This document shows, piece after piece, positions 10,031 through 20,251 of a stretch of 64,000 nucleotides of DNA. Location: NCBI GenBank assembly GCA_913775975.1, contig CAJYLQ010000048.1:1292-65291 (forward strand), read 5' to 3'. The position numbers and the translations under genes were made by a program. The stretch comes from an uncultured Sphingomonas sp. (GTDB lineage: Bacteria > Pseudomonadota > Alphaproteobacteria > Sphingomonadales > Sphingomonadaceae). The notes beneath the pieces were generated by a model. The model was not told the origin of the DNA and ran no database searches. It saw only the letters and a program-made list of their open reading frames with translations. Positions within the stretch are counted from its first letter, which is position 1; each line of letters starts with the position of its first letter.

Positions 10031-10438
10031 TCAGGCCGCCGCGAGGGGCGCTGTCGTGGCGGGGGCAGCGAATGCGGGCGCGAACAGCCAGGATTCGGCG
10101 TCTGCGATATCGGGGAACATGCGGACATCCTCGCGCATCTGCAGCCGCCGCGTCTGCATCCGGGCGAGCGGCGTTTCGGCGACGAGCGCGATCCGGCCGG
10201 CAAGCGGGTTCGCGACGAATTTCTGCATCGTGGCGATCAGCGTCTGGCTTTGCAGGATCGCATTGCGCAGATCAACCAATACGCGCTGCGTCCCGAGCGC
10301 GACGCCGAGCGATGCGATCGCCGTGACGCAGTCGGCGACGAACTGGCGCTTGATCTCATCGTCCCAGAACGTGTCGCGGAAGCCGATCGTGACGAGGCCA
10401 CGGCAGGCATCCGGCGCGATGAGATAGGGCCTGTCCAT
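10031..10438 (-). CDS. Hypothetical protein (STAS/SEC14-like)
   Basis: VLVDLR, RIALV, ARMQTRR, F...DAESWL pattern; coding-like composition. Confidence 0.65.
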   Translation of the reverse strand: MDRPYLIAPDACRGLVTIGFRDTFWDDEIKRQFVADCVTAIASLGVALGTQRVLVDLRNAILQSQTLIATMQKFVANPLAGRIALVAETPLARMQTRRLQMREDVRMFPDIADAESWLFAPAFAAPATTAPLAAA

Positions 10439-10497
10439 CGTAACCGTCTGGCATCAAAGCCTTAGCGGGGCGTTAAAGCAGGCGGGCGGCCCCGTAC

Positions 10498-13116
10498 CTA
10501 TCCCTCCAGGCTTTTCGAGGCCTGTTCAAACAGGTCCTTCGACAGGCCCGGCACCGCCACGATCCGCTCCAGCTCCGCGCGCATCAATGCCGCGCGGCCC
10601 TCGTCGAAGCGGCGCCAGCGGCCGAGCGGGGGCAGGAGGCGCGCGGCGGTCTGCGGATTCAGCCGGTCGAGCGCGATCAGCTGATCGGCGAGGAAGCGAT
10701 AGCCGCGCCCGTCCGCCGCGTGGAACGCGCGCTGGTTGGCGCCGAACGCGCCCAGCAGGCTGCGCGCGCGATTGGGGTTGGCGAGCAGGAAATCGGGGTG
10801 GCGGGCCAGATCCTCGACCACCGCCGCCGTGTCCGCGCGGGGGGACAGCGCCTGTGTCTGGAACCATTTGTCCAGCACCAGCCCGTTATCGGCATAGCGG
10901 TGGTGGAAGATGTCGAGTGCCGCTTCCCGCTCCGCATGGTCGCCATGCGCCAGCGTATTCAGCGCGGCCATCCGGTCGGTCATGTTGTCCGCTGCCTCGA
11001 ACTGGCGGAAGGCGAGGGCGCCCGCCTCCGCATCGCCGGCCGCCGCGATGTAGGACAGCGCGACGCCGCGCAGCCGCCGCTTGCCCTTCGCCTCCGGCGT
11101 ATAGGCATAGGGCCCCTGTTCCAGCACGGTGTGCAGCTGCCGCCACGCGGGCAGCAGGCCGCGCCCGATCGCCTGGCGCAGCGCCTCGCGCGCGCGGTAC
11201 ACCGCCTCCGGGTCGACGACCGCCAGCTGGTCGCCGACAAAGGCCTCGGATGGCAGCAGCATCGCTTCGCCGAGGAACGCATGGTCGAGCTCGGGATCGT
11301 CCAGTGTCCGCTCGATCGCCGCGACGACGGCGTCATGATCCGCCGTCCCCTCGATCGCGCCGGCGACCAGCGTGTCGAGCATCAGCTGCTGCATCGCCTC
11401 GTACCGGGCGAAGGGATCATCGTCCTTGGCCGACAGCAGGGCCAGATCGGCGGCGCTGCGATCGCTCTCGACGATCACGGGGGCGGAGAAGCCGCGGTTG
11501 ATCGACAGGATCGGCCGTTCGGTGACGGCCTCGAACACGATCGTCTCGGCGGGCTGATCGAGCAGGACGAGCTGTTCGTCGGTCAGCGGACGGCCCGTCT
11601 CCGCGCCGAACAGGCGCAGCTTCAGCGGAATCACCATCGGCTGCTTTTCGGGCTGCCCCGGCGTCGCGGGGACATGCTGGGCAAGGCGCAGCGTCGCGCG
11701 GCCGCCGCCCGCGACATGCTCCACGCTGGCGGAGACGCGCGGCGTGCCGGCCTGCCCGTACCAGCGGCGGAACTGCGACAGGTCCTGGCCCGATGCCTCC
11801 TCCATGCAGGCGACGAAATCCTCGCAGGTGGCGGCGGTGCCGTCGAAGCGGTCGAAATAGAGGTCGGTGGCGGCGCGGAAGGCGGCGGGCCCCAGGATCG
11901 TCGCCATCATGCGGATCAGCTCCGCGCCCTTGTTATAGATGGTGGCGGTGTAGAAGTTGCTGATTTCCTGATATTCGTCCGGCCGCACGGGATGGGCGAG
12001 CGGGCCGGCATCCTCCGGGAACTGCGCGGCGCGGAGCGAGCGCACATCCTCGATCCGCTTGACCGCTGCAGAGCCCTGATCGGCGGAGAAGCCTTGGTCG
12101 CGATAGACGGTGAACCCCTCCTTCAGCGACAGCTGGAACCAGTCGCGGCAGGTGATGCGGTTGCCCGACCAGTTGTGGAAATATTCGTGCGCGACGACGG
12201 CGGCGATCCCGTCATAGTCGTAATCGGTCGCGGTATCGGGATCGGCGAGTATGTAGCGGCTGTTGAAGATGTTCAGCCCCTTGTTCTCCATCGCGCCGAA
12301 GTTGAAGTCGTCGACCGCGACGATGTTGAACACGTCGAGGTCGTATTCGCGGCCATAGACGCGCTCGTCCCACGCCATCGACAGCTTCAGCGCGTGGAGC
12401 GCGTGGTCGGTGCGCGCCAGATCGGCGGCGCGGACCCAGATGCCCAGCTCCACCTGCCGGCCCGACCGGGTGGTGAAGGTGCCGCGATTGACCGCCAGAT
12501 CACCCGCCACCAGCGCGAAGAGGTAGCTGGGCTTGGGATAGGGATCGTGCCATTCGGCCCAGTGCCGGCCATCGGGCAGATCGCCCGCGCCGACCGGATC
12601 GCCGTTCGACAGAAGGACGGGGAAGCGCGCCTTGTCCGCGCTCATCCGCACGGTGTAGCGCGACAGCACGTCGGGCCGGTCGGGGAACCAGGTGATGCGG
12701 CGAAACCCCTCCGCCTCGCACTGCGTGCACAGGTTGCCGCCCGAGGCGTAGAGCCCCATCAGCTGCGTATTGCGATCGGGATGGACCTCCCCCTCCGTCT
12801 CCACGACATGCGCGTCGCCGGAGAGCGGGACGACGAGCGTATCGCCGTCCATATGCCAGTCGTTCACGGCCTGCCCGTCGACGCGCACCGAAAGCGGCGC
12901 CGTGCCCGCGCCGTCGAGCCGCAGCGGCTGGTCGTGCGCGCCGGCGCGCCGCACCTCAAGCCGCGCCAGCACCCGCGTGGTGCCGGGATCGAGCGCGAAG
13001 TCGAGCGCGATGTCGGGCACCGTCCAGGCGGGCGGCCGGTAATCCGCGCGGCGCGTGACGAGCGGCGGCGCGGACGGGAGGGGGGGCTGGGCGGCGGCGG
13101 CGATCGCATCGAGCAT
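10498..13116 (-). CDS. pepN: Aminopeptidase N
   Basis: TQCEAEGFRRI, GAMENK, HEYFHNW..(E) M1 zinc motif; start chosen at MLDAIAA. Confidence 0.97.
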   Translation of the reverse strand: MLDAIAAAAQPPLPSAPPLVTRRADYRPPAWTVPDIALDFALDPGTTRVLARLEVRRAGAHDQPLRLDGAGTAPLSVRVDGQAVNDWHMDGDTLVVPLSGDAHVVETEGEVHPDRNTQLMGLYASGGNLCTQCEAEGFRRITWFPDRPDVLSRYTVRMSADKARFPVLLSNGDPVGAGDLPDGRHWAEWHDPYPKPSYLFALVAGDLAVNRGTFTTRSGRQVELGIWVRAADLARTDHALHALKLSMAWDERVYGREYDLDVFNIVAVDDFNFGAMENKGLNIFNSRYILADPDTATDYDYDGIAAVVAHEYFHNWSGNRITCRDWFQLSLKEGFTVYRDQGFSADQGSAAVKRIEDVRSLRAAQFPEDAGPLAHPVRPDEYQEISNFYTATIYNKGAELIRMMATILGPAAFRAATDLYFDRFDGTAATCEDFVACMEEASGQDLSQFRRWYGQAGTPRVSASVEHVAGGGRATLRLAQHVPATPGQPEKQPMVIPLKLRLFGAETGRPLTDEQLVLLDQPAETIVFEAVTERPILSINRGFSAPVIVESDRSAADLALLSAKDDDPFARYEAMQQLMLDTLVAGAIEGTADHDAVVAAIERTLDDPELDHAFLGEAMLLPSEAFVGDQLAVVDPEAVYRAREALRQAIGRGLLPAWRQLHTVLEQGPYAYTPEAKGKRRLRGVALSYIAAAGDAEAGALAFRQFEAADNMTDRMAALNTLAHGDHAEREAALDIFHHRYADNGLVLDKWFQTQALSPRADTAAVVEDLARHPDFLLANPNRARSLLGAFGANQRAFHAADGRGYRFLADQLIALDRLNPQTAARLLPPLGRWRRFDEGRAALMRAELERIVAVPGLSKDLFEQASKSLEG

Positions 13117-13217
13117 GGGCGTGTCTATACGCTTCCCCCACGCGCCGTGCCAGCAATGCCGATTTCCGGGCAGCAACGCCCTTTCCGCGACGCGCAACCG
13201 GCGTTACGCCTGCCCGG

Positions 13218-14843
13218 ATGATGCAGCGTTTGTCGGGGCTTGCCGCCCTGTTGTCGATGCCGGCGGTCGCGCTGGCGCAGTCTCCCACACCCGTTCCGGC
13301 CGCCGCGTCGGCCGCCCCGACGACAAAGGCGGATCCCTATGCCCCGTTGCCGCCCGATCAGGCGGCGATGCGCGCGCATGTGCTGTTCCTGGCATCGGAC
13401 GCGCTGAAGGGACGCGAGGCGGGGTCGGCGGACTATGACGTGGCGGCGCAATATGTCGCGGCGCAGTTCTCCGCGATCGGGCTGCGGCCGGGCGGGGCGG
13501 CGGGCGGCTATCTGCAGCCGGTGCCGCTGGTGACGTACAGCGCGGCGGACAAGGGCGGCGCGACGTGGCAGCCGGCGGGCGGCACCGCGCAAGCGCTGGC
13601 GTTCGGGACGGACTATATTCCCGCCGCCAATCCGCGCGCCGCCACGACGCGCGTCGCGGCGCCGGTCGTGTTCGTGGGGCGCGGCGTGTCCGCGCCGACG
13701 CTGGGGCAGGACGACTACAAGGGCCTCGACGTGCGCGGCCGCATCGTCGCGTTCGTCGAGGATCGCGCGGACATCAAGGATCCCGAGATCGCCGCCTCGT
13801 TCAACCGGCCGACGCGGCTGGAAGAGGCGGCGCGGCGCGGCGCGGTGGGCGCGGTGGTGATCGCGACCGACGGTGAACGGTTCGCCGCCGGCGCCAGGCG
13901 CTGGGATCGCGCCGCGATGACCTGGGCCACACCCGAAGGGACGGGCGGCGGCCCGGTGGCGCGCGGCGTGCCGGTGCTCGCCAGCCTGTCGGCGGCGGGC
14001 GCAGCGAAGCTGTTCGGCGGCGCGCCGAAGCGGGGCGATGCGCCGCGCGGCGTGCTGACGGTGACGGGCGCGACCCGCTTCGTCCCCGCGACGAGCAGCA
14101 ACGTCGTCGGCCTGCTGCCCGGCACCGATGCGAAGCTGGCGCCCGAGACGGTCGTACTGTCCGCGCACCTCGACCATATCGGCGTGTCGGAGGGGAAGGA
14201 GGGCGACCGGATCAACAACGGCGCGCTCGACAATGCGATCGGCATCGCCAGCCTGATCGAAGAGGCAAAGCGCTTCGTCGCCAGCGGCAAGCCGCCGCGT
14301 CGGACGGTGATGTTCCTGGCGGTGACGGCGGAGGAGAAGGGGCTGGTCGGCAGCGACTATTTCGCCGCGCACCCGACCGTGCCGGTCGGAAACATCGTCG
14401 CGGACGTGAACCTCGACATGCCAGTGCTGCTGTACCGGTTCGAGGACATGACCGTGTTCGGCGCGGAGCGATCGACACTGGGGCCGATCGTGGCGAGCGC
14501 GGTCGCCTCGGCGGGCGTGGGGCTGACGCCGGATCAGGATCCAGGCCAGGCGTTCTTCGTCCGGTCCGACCATTATCGCTTCGTCGAGCGGGGCATCCCG
14601 TCCGTCTTCCTGTGGCCGGGGCAGAAGGGCGCGGGCGCTGCGGCGTTCCAGGGCTTCTTGAAGAGCTGCTACCACCGCCCCTGCGACGAGGTGACGCAGC
14701 CCATCCTGTGGGATCAGGGCGTCCGCTTCGTCGATGTGAACTATCGCATCGCGCGCGAGATCGCGGACGCGGATGCGCGGCCGGTGTGGAACAGGGGCGA
14801 CTGGTTCGGGCTGAAATACAAGGGGCCGATGGCGGGCAAGTGA
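13218..14843 (+). CDS. M28 family metallopeptidase with PA domain
   Basis: Signal peptide; SAHLDHIG, NGALDNA, TAEEKGL, RSDH, YH motifs. Confidence 0.93.
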   Translation: MMQRLSGLAALLSMPAVALAQSPTPVPAAASAAPTTKADPYAPLPPDQAAMRAHVLFLASDALKGREAGSADYDVAAQYVAAQFSAIGLRPGGAAGGYLQPVPLVTYSAADKGGATWQPAGGTAQALAFGTDYIPAANPRAATTRVAAPVVFVGRGVSAPTLGQDDYKGLDVRGRIVAFVEDRADIKDPEIAASFNRPTRLEEAARRGAVGAVVIATDGERFAAGARRWDRAAMTWATPEGTGGGPVARGVPVLASLSAAGAAKLFGGAPKRGDAPRGVLTVTGATRFVPATSSNVVGLLPGTDAKLAPETVVLSAHLDHIGVSEGKEGDRINNGALDNAIGIASLIEEAKRFVASGKPPRRTVMFLAVTAEEKGLVGSDYFAAHPTVPVGNIVADVNLDMPVLLYRFEDMTVFGAERSTLGPIVASAVASAGVGLTPDQDPGQAFFVRSDHYRFVERGIPSVFLWPGQKGAGAAAFQGFLKSCYHRPCDEVTQPILWDQGVRFVDVNYRIAREIADADARPVWNRGDWFGLKYKGPMAGK

Positions 14844-15786
14844 GCCGGCTGTTCGTCTTCGGGCTGGGCTATGCCGCGCGGGCGGTGGCGGCGCGCCTGA
14901 TGACCCCCCTCCCCTTCAGGGGAGGGGACGGGGGTGGGGCGTTTCCTCGAGCGCGCGGCCTGGGGGGGCGGGGGGGGGGGCGTTTCCTCGAGCGCGCGGC
15001 CTGGGGGGGCGCCCCACCCCCAGCCCCTCCCCCGAAGGGGAGGGGAGTTGGTCGATCGTCGGCACGACCCGCGACGGGCGAGACGGCACGATCCGATTCG
15101 ACGATGACGCGGCGGTGCGGGCAGCGCTCGCCACGTCCACGCACATCCTGTCCTCCGTGCCGCCCGACGATGACGGGCGCGATCCCGTGCTGGACCGGTA
15201 TGGCGACAGGATCGGGGAGGGGGCGATCGGGCCGCGATGGGTCGGGTATCTGTCCTCGACCGGCGTTTATGGCGATGCGCGCGGCGCGTGGGTGGACGAA
15301 AGCGCGCCGACGGGCACCGGCCGCCGCGTCGCGCGATCGGCGGCGGATGCGGCGTGGCTGGACCGGCGGGCGCGTGTGTTTCGCCTGCCCGGAATCTATG
15401 GCCCCGGCCGCTCGCCGCTGGACCGGGTGCGCGCGGGCAAGGCGCACCGGGTCGATGTGCCGAACCTGTTCAGCCGCATCCATGTCGAGGATCTGGCGGC
15501 GGGCGTCATCGCCGCCTTCGGAGCGCCGCCGGGGGCGTACAACCTCGCCGACGACCTGCCCTGTTCGCAGAACGACGTGATCGCGCTGGCGGCCGGGATG
15601 CTGGGCATGGCGCCGCCGCCGATCGTGCCGGTCGACAGCCTGTCGCCGATGGCGCGCGGCTTTTACGCGGAGGACCGGCGGATCGCCAATGGCAAGGCGA
15701 AGCGGGTGCTGGGCTGGCAACCGCGTTATCCGGATTACCGCGCGGGGCTGAGGGCGCTGATGCGGAGTGAGGCCGACGCTTCCTGA
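14840..15786 (+). pseudogene. SDR/NAD-dependent epimerase, frameshifted as assembled; contains palindromic insertion
   Basis: GTG start MSRLFVFGLGY (Rossmann) is in one frame; YLSSTGVYGD, RLPGIYGP and FSRIHVED are in another; removing one 41-bp tandem unit (14940-14980) restores a continuous ORF. Confidence 0.8.
14906..15045. repeat. Palindromic repeat family A (CCCCTCCCC-N4-GGGGAGGGG arms), intragenic copy with internal duplication
   Basis: Terminal hairpins 14906-14927 and 15024-15045; GGTGGGGCG/CGCCCCACC inner stem; same as copies at 21835 and 26272. Confidence 0.9.
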
Positions 15787-15811
15787 AAACGCCGTCTGAC
15801 CGCGCGGGCGC

Positions 15812-16738
15812 CTATCGCGCCGGCCGGCGGGCCCGCAACGCGATCACCAGCCCGATCCCGGTCAGCACCGCGCCGGCGGCGGCGAGCAGCGACCAGCGAT
15901 ACCCCTCGAACACGGTCGACAGCAGCATCGCGATGACGGGCACGATCACGCTGGAATAGGCGGCTTTCGCCGGACCGATCGTCCGCAGCACGGTGAAATA
16001 GAGGACGAAGGCGAGCGCGGAGGCGAACAGCCCGAGATACAGGATCCCGGCCAGATAGCCGAGCCGCCATTCGATCACCGGCGGGCCGGTCAGCGCCCAG
16101 GCGAGCACCGCGTCGATCGCCGCGCCGAACAGCATCCCCACCGCCAGCACCGGCGCCATCGGATAGCGCGCGGCGGTGCGGCTGGCCTGCATGACATTGG
16201 CCGAGGAGGCGGACAGGATGGCGAGCAGCGTGATGGCGATGCCGGTCATCACCCGGCCCGGCCCGGCGGGATCGACCCGCGCCTCGTGCACGAAGAGGAG
16301 GACGATGCCGGCCATCGCGACCGCCGATCCGGCGACCAGCTGCCGCCCCAGCTTTTGCCCGAGGAAGATGCGCGCGAACAGCGCGTTGGGGACGAGCAGC
16401 AGCGCGAAGATGACGGCGACGAGGCCGGAGGTGATATACCCCTCCGCCCGGTAGACGAAGTTGAAGTTCAGGCAGAATTGCAGCGTGCCGAGCACCATCG
16501 CGAAGACGAGGCCGGGCAGCGGCAGGCGCAGGCTTTCGCGCCGCATCGTCGCCCAGATCGCCAGCGCGATGCCGGCAACGACGAAGCGATAGGCGACCGA
16601 CCAGCTGGGCGGCACGACCGCGATCTGGTCGCGGATGACGAGCCAGGTCGAACCCCAGATCAGCGTGACGATGCCGAACGGGATCAGGATCGCCGCTCTG
16701 GTCGAATGGGGCGGCGCGAAATCGGGGGCGGGGCTCAC
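15812..16738 (-). CDS. EamA/DMT family transporter
   Basis: IWGSTW, about 10 TM segments, GILYLGLFAS; GTG start overlaps ltaE stop. Confidence 0.9.
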   Translation of the reverse strand: MSPAPDFAPPHSTRAAILIPFGIVTLIWGSTWLVIRDQIAVVPPSWSVAYRFVVAGIALAIWATMRRESLRLPLPGLVFAMVLGTLQFCLNFNFVYRAEGYITSGLVAVIFALLLVPNALFARIFLGQKLGRQLVAGSAVAMAGIVLLFVHEARVDPAGPGRVMTGIAITLLAILSASSANVMQASRTAARYPMAPVLAVGMLFGAAIDAVLAWALTGPPVIEWRLGYLAGILYLGLFASALAFVLYFTVLRTIGPAKAAYSSVIVPVIAMLLSTVFEGYRWSLLAAAGAVLTGIGLVIALRARRPAR

Positions 16739-17736
16739 AGGCGGCGGATCGCGTCGGCGAAGGCGGCGACCTGATCGGGCGCGCTGTCCCAGGCGGTGAC
16801 GAAGCGCACCTCGCCATCGGCCCAGTCGTAGAAGTCGAACCCGGCGGCGCGCAGCGTCGCGGCCTCTTGCGGGGTGGCGCGCAGGAACACCTCGTTCGCC
16901 TCCACGGGATGGATCAGGCGGGGGCCGGCCGCCGCGCCCAGCGTCGCGGCGGCGGCGTTGGCGGCGCGGCCGTTGGCGAGCCACAGATCGTCTTCCAGCA
17001 TCGTCAGGATCTGCGCGGCGAGGTAGCGTCCCTTGGACAGCAGCAGCCCGGCGCGCTTGCGTCGGCGCAGCGTCGCGTCGGCGAGCGCGGGGTCGAAGAA
17101 GACCAGCGCCTCCGCGCTCATCCCGCCATTCTTGACGAAGCCGAAGGATAGGACGTCGACACCCGCGCGCCACGTCGTGTCCGCGAGCATCTCGCCCGTG
17201 GTGGCCATCGCGTTGGCGAAGCGCGCGCCGTCCATGTGCAGCCGCCAGCCGCGCGACCGGCACAAAGCGCCGATCGCCGCGACCTCCGCGGCGCGATAGA
17301 CGCGGCCATATTCGGTGGCGTTGGTGATCGAGACGGCGTGCGGCTGCACGCGGTGGACGTCGTCGGCGATGGCGTCCGCGACCGTGGCGATCGCGTCGGG
17401 CGTCAGCTTCGCGCCGTCGCCCCCGGCCAGCATCAGCTTGGCGCCGTGCGTATAGAATTCCGGCGCGCCGCATTCGTCGTTCTGGATGTGCGCGTCGCGG
17501 TGGCAGATCACCCCGCCATAGGGCGGGCAGAGCGCGGCGAGCGCCAGCGCGTTGGCGGCGGTGCCGGTGGGCACCCACAGCACGCGCACCTCATGGTCGA
17601 ACAGCGCGGCAAAGCGGGCATCGAGGCTCCTGGACAGGCGATCGCCGTCATAGGCGGTGTCGAGCGCGTCGGCGGCGGCCATGGCGGCGAAAACGCGGGG
17701 ATGCACGGCGGCGGCATTGTCGGAGAAGAAGCGCAT
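16735..17736 (-). CDS. ltaE: Low-specificity L-threonine aldolase
   Basis: FFSDN, TGTAAN, LHMDGARFAN, SFGFVKNG (PLP lysine). Confidence 0.93.
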   Translation of the reverse strand: MRFFSDNAAAVHPRVFAAMAAADALDTAYDGDRLSRSLDARFAALFDHEVRVLWVPTGTAANALALAALCPPYGGVICHRDAHIQNDECGAPEFYTHGAKLMLAGGDGAKLTPDAIATVADAIADDVHRVQPHAVSITNATEYGRVYRAAEVAAIGALCRSRGWRLHMDGARFANAMATTGEMLADTTWRAGVDVLSFGFVKNGGMSAEALVFFDPALADATLRRRKRAGLLLSKGRYLAAQILTMLEDDLWLANGRAANAAAATLGAAAGPRLIHPVEANEVFLRATPQEAATLRAAGFDFYDWADGEVRFVTAWDSAPDQVAAFADAIRRL

Positions 17737-17820
17737 GGCCGGGGATTAGGGGCAGATGGGGTAGTGTTCCATCCGTAATTTGGCCGGAGGGGCGCGGTTT
17801 GCGCCCCCAAACCCCCCCTT

Positions 17821-17914
17821 CGTCATTCCCGCGCAGGCGGGAATCCCTTGTCGCTGGCGGTGCGGCTCTGGCGCGAACCCGCGCGAATGGATCCCCGCCT
17901 GCGCGGGGATGACG
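17821..17914. repeat. Palindromic repeat family B (GTCATTCCCGCG..GGCGGGAATCC ... GGATCCCCGCC..CGCGGGGATGAC)
   Basis: Two internally palindromic arms forming a long inverted repeat; intergenic; copies at 26140 and 33865. Confidence 0.9.
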
Positions 17915-17937
17915 GGCCTACGCCTGGCGGTGCGACC

Positions 17938-20103
17938 TCACCACTCGTCGTCGTTGGGGCCGTTTTCCTCGTCCGGGCCGGGGCGATCCGGTCCACGCGG
18001 GCCGATGCGGTCGCCGGGGCGCGGGCCGATCGGCGTATCCGGACCGGGACCGGGGCGGCGCGGGCCGACCGCGATCGAGCCGTCGTCGTTCTGGCGGATC
18101 TCCAGCCCGTAATCGTCGAGCTGCTGCTGCGCGGCGCCGATCGCGTCCGAGGCAATGCCGCCAAGGTCGTTGCCGACATCCTCGATCAGGTTGGAATCGA
18201 CCGGGATCGCCTCCTCGCGCACGACCGGCGCGACGCCGAGCGCGGACTGCATGAAGCCGCGCCACAGCTGTGCGGGGATGCCGCCGCCATGCAGGCCGGG
18301 CATGGGCGAGCTGTCGTCATGGCCGACCCATACGCCGACGACCAAGTCGCCCGCGCCGCCGATGAACCAGCCGTCGCGGCTGTTCTGCGAGGTGCCGGTC
18401 TTGCCCCAGGCGTCGATCGACAGCGTCGCCTCCCGCCCGGTGCCACGCAGCGAGGAGCCGAGCAGCGTCAGCATGTCGGCGCGCACGCGGTCTGGGAATT
18501 TCTTCTGCCCGCCGGCGATCGCCTGATACCAGGGCTTGTCGTCGACCTCCGCGACGCCGCGCGTCTCGACCGGATAGGCGCCCGCCGCGATCGAGGCATA
18601 GGCGGCGGTGAGTTCGAGCAGCGATACTTCGGACGTGCCGAGCCCGATCGTCGCCTCGTTCGCGATCGGCGTGGTGATGCCGAGGTCGCGGGCGGCGGCG
18701 ATGACGTTGCGCACGCCCACCTGCTGCGTCAGCCGCGCCGCGACGACGTTGGAGGAACGGGCGAAGGCGCGGCGCAGCGTGATCGGCCCCAGATAGCGAT
18801 TGTCGTCGTTGCGCGGCTTCCACCCGGCGATCTCGACGGGCGAATCGTCCATCACCGTGTCGGGCGTCAGGCCGGCGCGCATCGCCGCGAGATAGACGAA
18901 CAGCTTGAAGGTGGAGCCGGGCTGGCGGCGCGCCTGCACCGCGCGGTTGAACGGACTCTTGCCGTAATTGCGGCCGCCGACCATCGCGACGACGCGGCCA
19001 TCGGGATGCATCGCGACGATCGCCGCCTGCGCGCTGCCGAGGCCGCCCGAATTGACGATCCGCTCCGCGATCTTCTGCATCCGGGGATCGAGCGTGGTGC
19101 GCACCGTCGCCTCGCTCTTCACCTCGCCGGCATGGTCGCGCGCCTGCGGCAGCACCCAGTCGGCGAAGTAGGTGCCGGTCGGCAGCGACTGGGCCGGGCG
19201 ATCGAGCACGCGCTGCGGCTGCACCGCCTTCGCCTCGCGCGGGGTCAGGAAGCCGGCATCCGCCATCGCCGCGACGACCACCGCTTGCCGGGCGCGCGCG
19301 CCCTTCAGATTCTCGGTCGGGGCGAGGCGGCTGGGCGCCTTCACCAGCCCCGCCAGCATCGCCGCCTGGCCGACGTTCAGCTTGTCGGGCGTGCGGCCGA
19401 AATAATGCTTCGCGGCGGCGGTGATGCCGTACACGTTGTCGCCGAAATAGACGTTCGACAGGTAGCGCGACAGGATCTGGTCCTTCGTCAGCCACGCTTC
19501 CAGCCAGAAGGCGATCATCACCTCGCGCAGCTTGCGCGCGGCGGTGCGATCCGAATCTAGGAAGGCGTTCTTCGCCAGCTGCTGCGTGATCGTAGAGCCG
19601 CCCTGCCGGACGCCGCCAGAGCCGACATTGGCCCAGGCCGCGCGCAGGATGCCGCGCGGGTCGATGCCCCAGTGCGAATAGAAACGCCGGTCCTCGATCG
19701 CGATGAACGCCTCGCGCACATGCGGGGGCAGCTTCGCGGCATCGACCGGCGCGCCGATGATCGCGCCGCGCCGCGCGATCGGCGTGCCGTCCTCCGCGAG
19801 CAGCGTGATCGAGGGCGGCGTGGGCGGTTTCAGCGAGCGGGACAGCGGCGCGGTGACCGCCAGCCAGGCGATCGCGACGACCAGCAGCACGATGCCCACC
19901 GCCGCGCCGCGTACCGCCCAGCGCCCGACCCAGCGCCACGAGCGGCGCTGCGGCTCCGGCTCCCACTGTGGCTCGAAACCCGATCCGCGTGCCGACCAGC
20001 GATCGGGATCGGTATAGGACGGCCACGCATCGCCGCGCGACGACAGCGGACGCGGCTGATCGGGGTCATAGGGATCGGGGCGCAACGGCGGCTTCCAGGA
20101 CAC
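17938..20103 (-). CDS. Class A penicillin-binding protein (PBP1A-like transglycosylase/transpeptidase)
   Basis: EDRRFYSH, GGSTITQQLAKN, RKLRE, PGSTFK (SxxK), SSN, KTG. Confidence 0.94.
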   Translation of the reverse strand: MSWKPPLRPDPYDPDQPRPLSSRGDAWPSYTDPDRWSARGSGFEPQWEPEPQRRSWRWVGRWAVRGAAVGIVLLVVAIAWLAVTAPLSRSLKPPTPPSITLLAEDGTPIARRGAIIGAPVDAAKLPPHVREAFIAIEDRRFYSHWGIDPRGILRAAWANVGSGGVRQGGSTITQQLAKNAFLDSDRTAARKLREVMIAFWLEAWLTKDQILSRYLSNVYFGDNVYGITAAAKHYFGRTPDKLNVGQAAMLAGLVKAPSRLAPTENLKGARARQAVVVAAMADAGFLTPREAKAVQPQRVLDRPAQSLPTGTYFADWVLPQARDHAGEVKSEATVRTTLDPRMQKIAERIVNSGGLGSAQAAIVAMHPDGRVVAMVGGRNYGKSPFNRAVQARRQPGSTFKLFVYLAAMRAGLTPDTVMDDSPVEIAGWKPRNDDNRYLGPITLRRAFARSSNVVAARLTQQVGVRNVIAAARDLGITTPIANEATIGLGTSEVSLLELTAAYASIAAGAYPVETRGVAEVDDKPWYQAIAGGQKKFPDRVRADMLTLLGSSLRGTGREATLSIDAWGKTGTSQNSRDGWFIGGAGDLVVGVWVGHDDSSPMPGLHGGGIPAQLWRGFMQSALGVAPVVREEAIPVDSNLIEDVGNDLGGIASDAIGAAQQQLDDYGLEIRQNDDGSIAVGPRRPGPGPDTPIGPRPGDRIGPRGPDRPGPDEENGPNDDEW

Positions 20104-20251
20104 GATTGGGCTGTCTTACCTGTATATGGCACCCGGTGCAATCCGCCCAGCCTATCCGCTCCGCTGACGGTTGGCGAGGGGCGGCGGCGTACGGAAACCG
20201 GCGTCGTGCCGGATGGACCGGGCGGGGTGAACGGCGGTTGAACCCGTCGCC

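Noticed and set aside
10462-10476. CtrA-like box TTAG-N7-TTAA upstream of the STAS-like gene
   Set aside because: A single imperfect match; too weak without conservation data.
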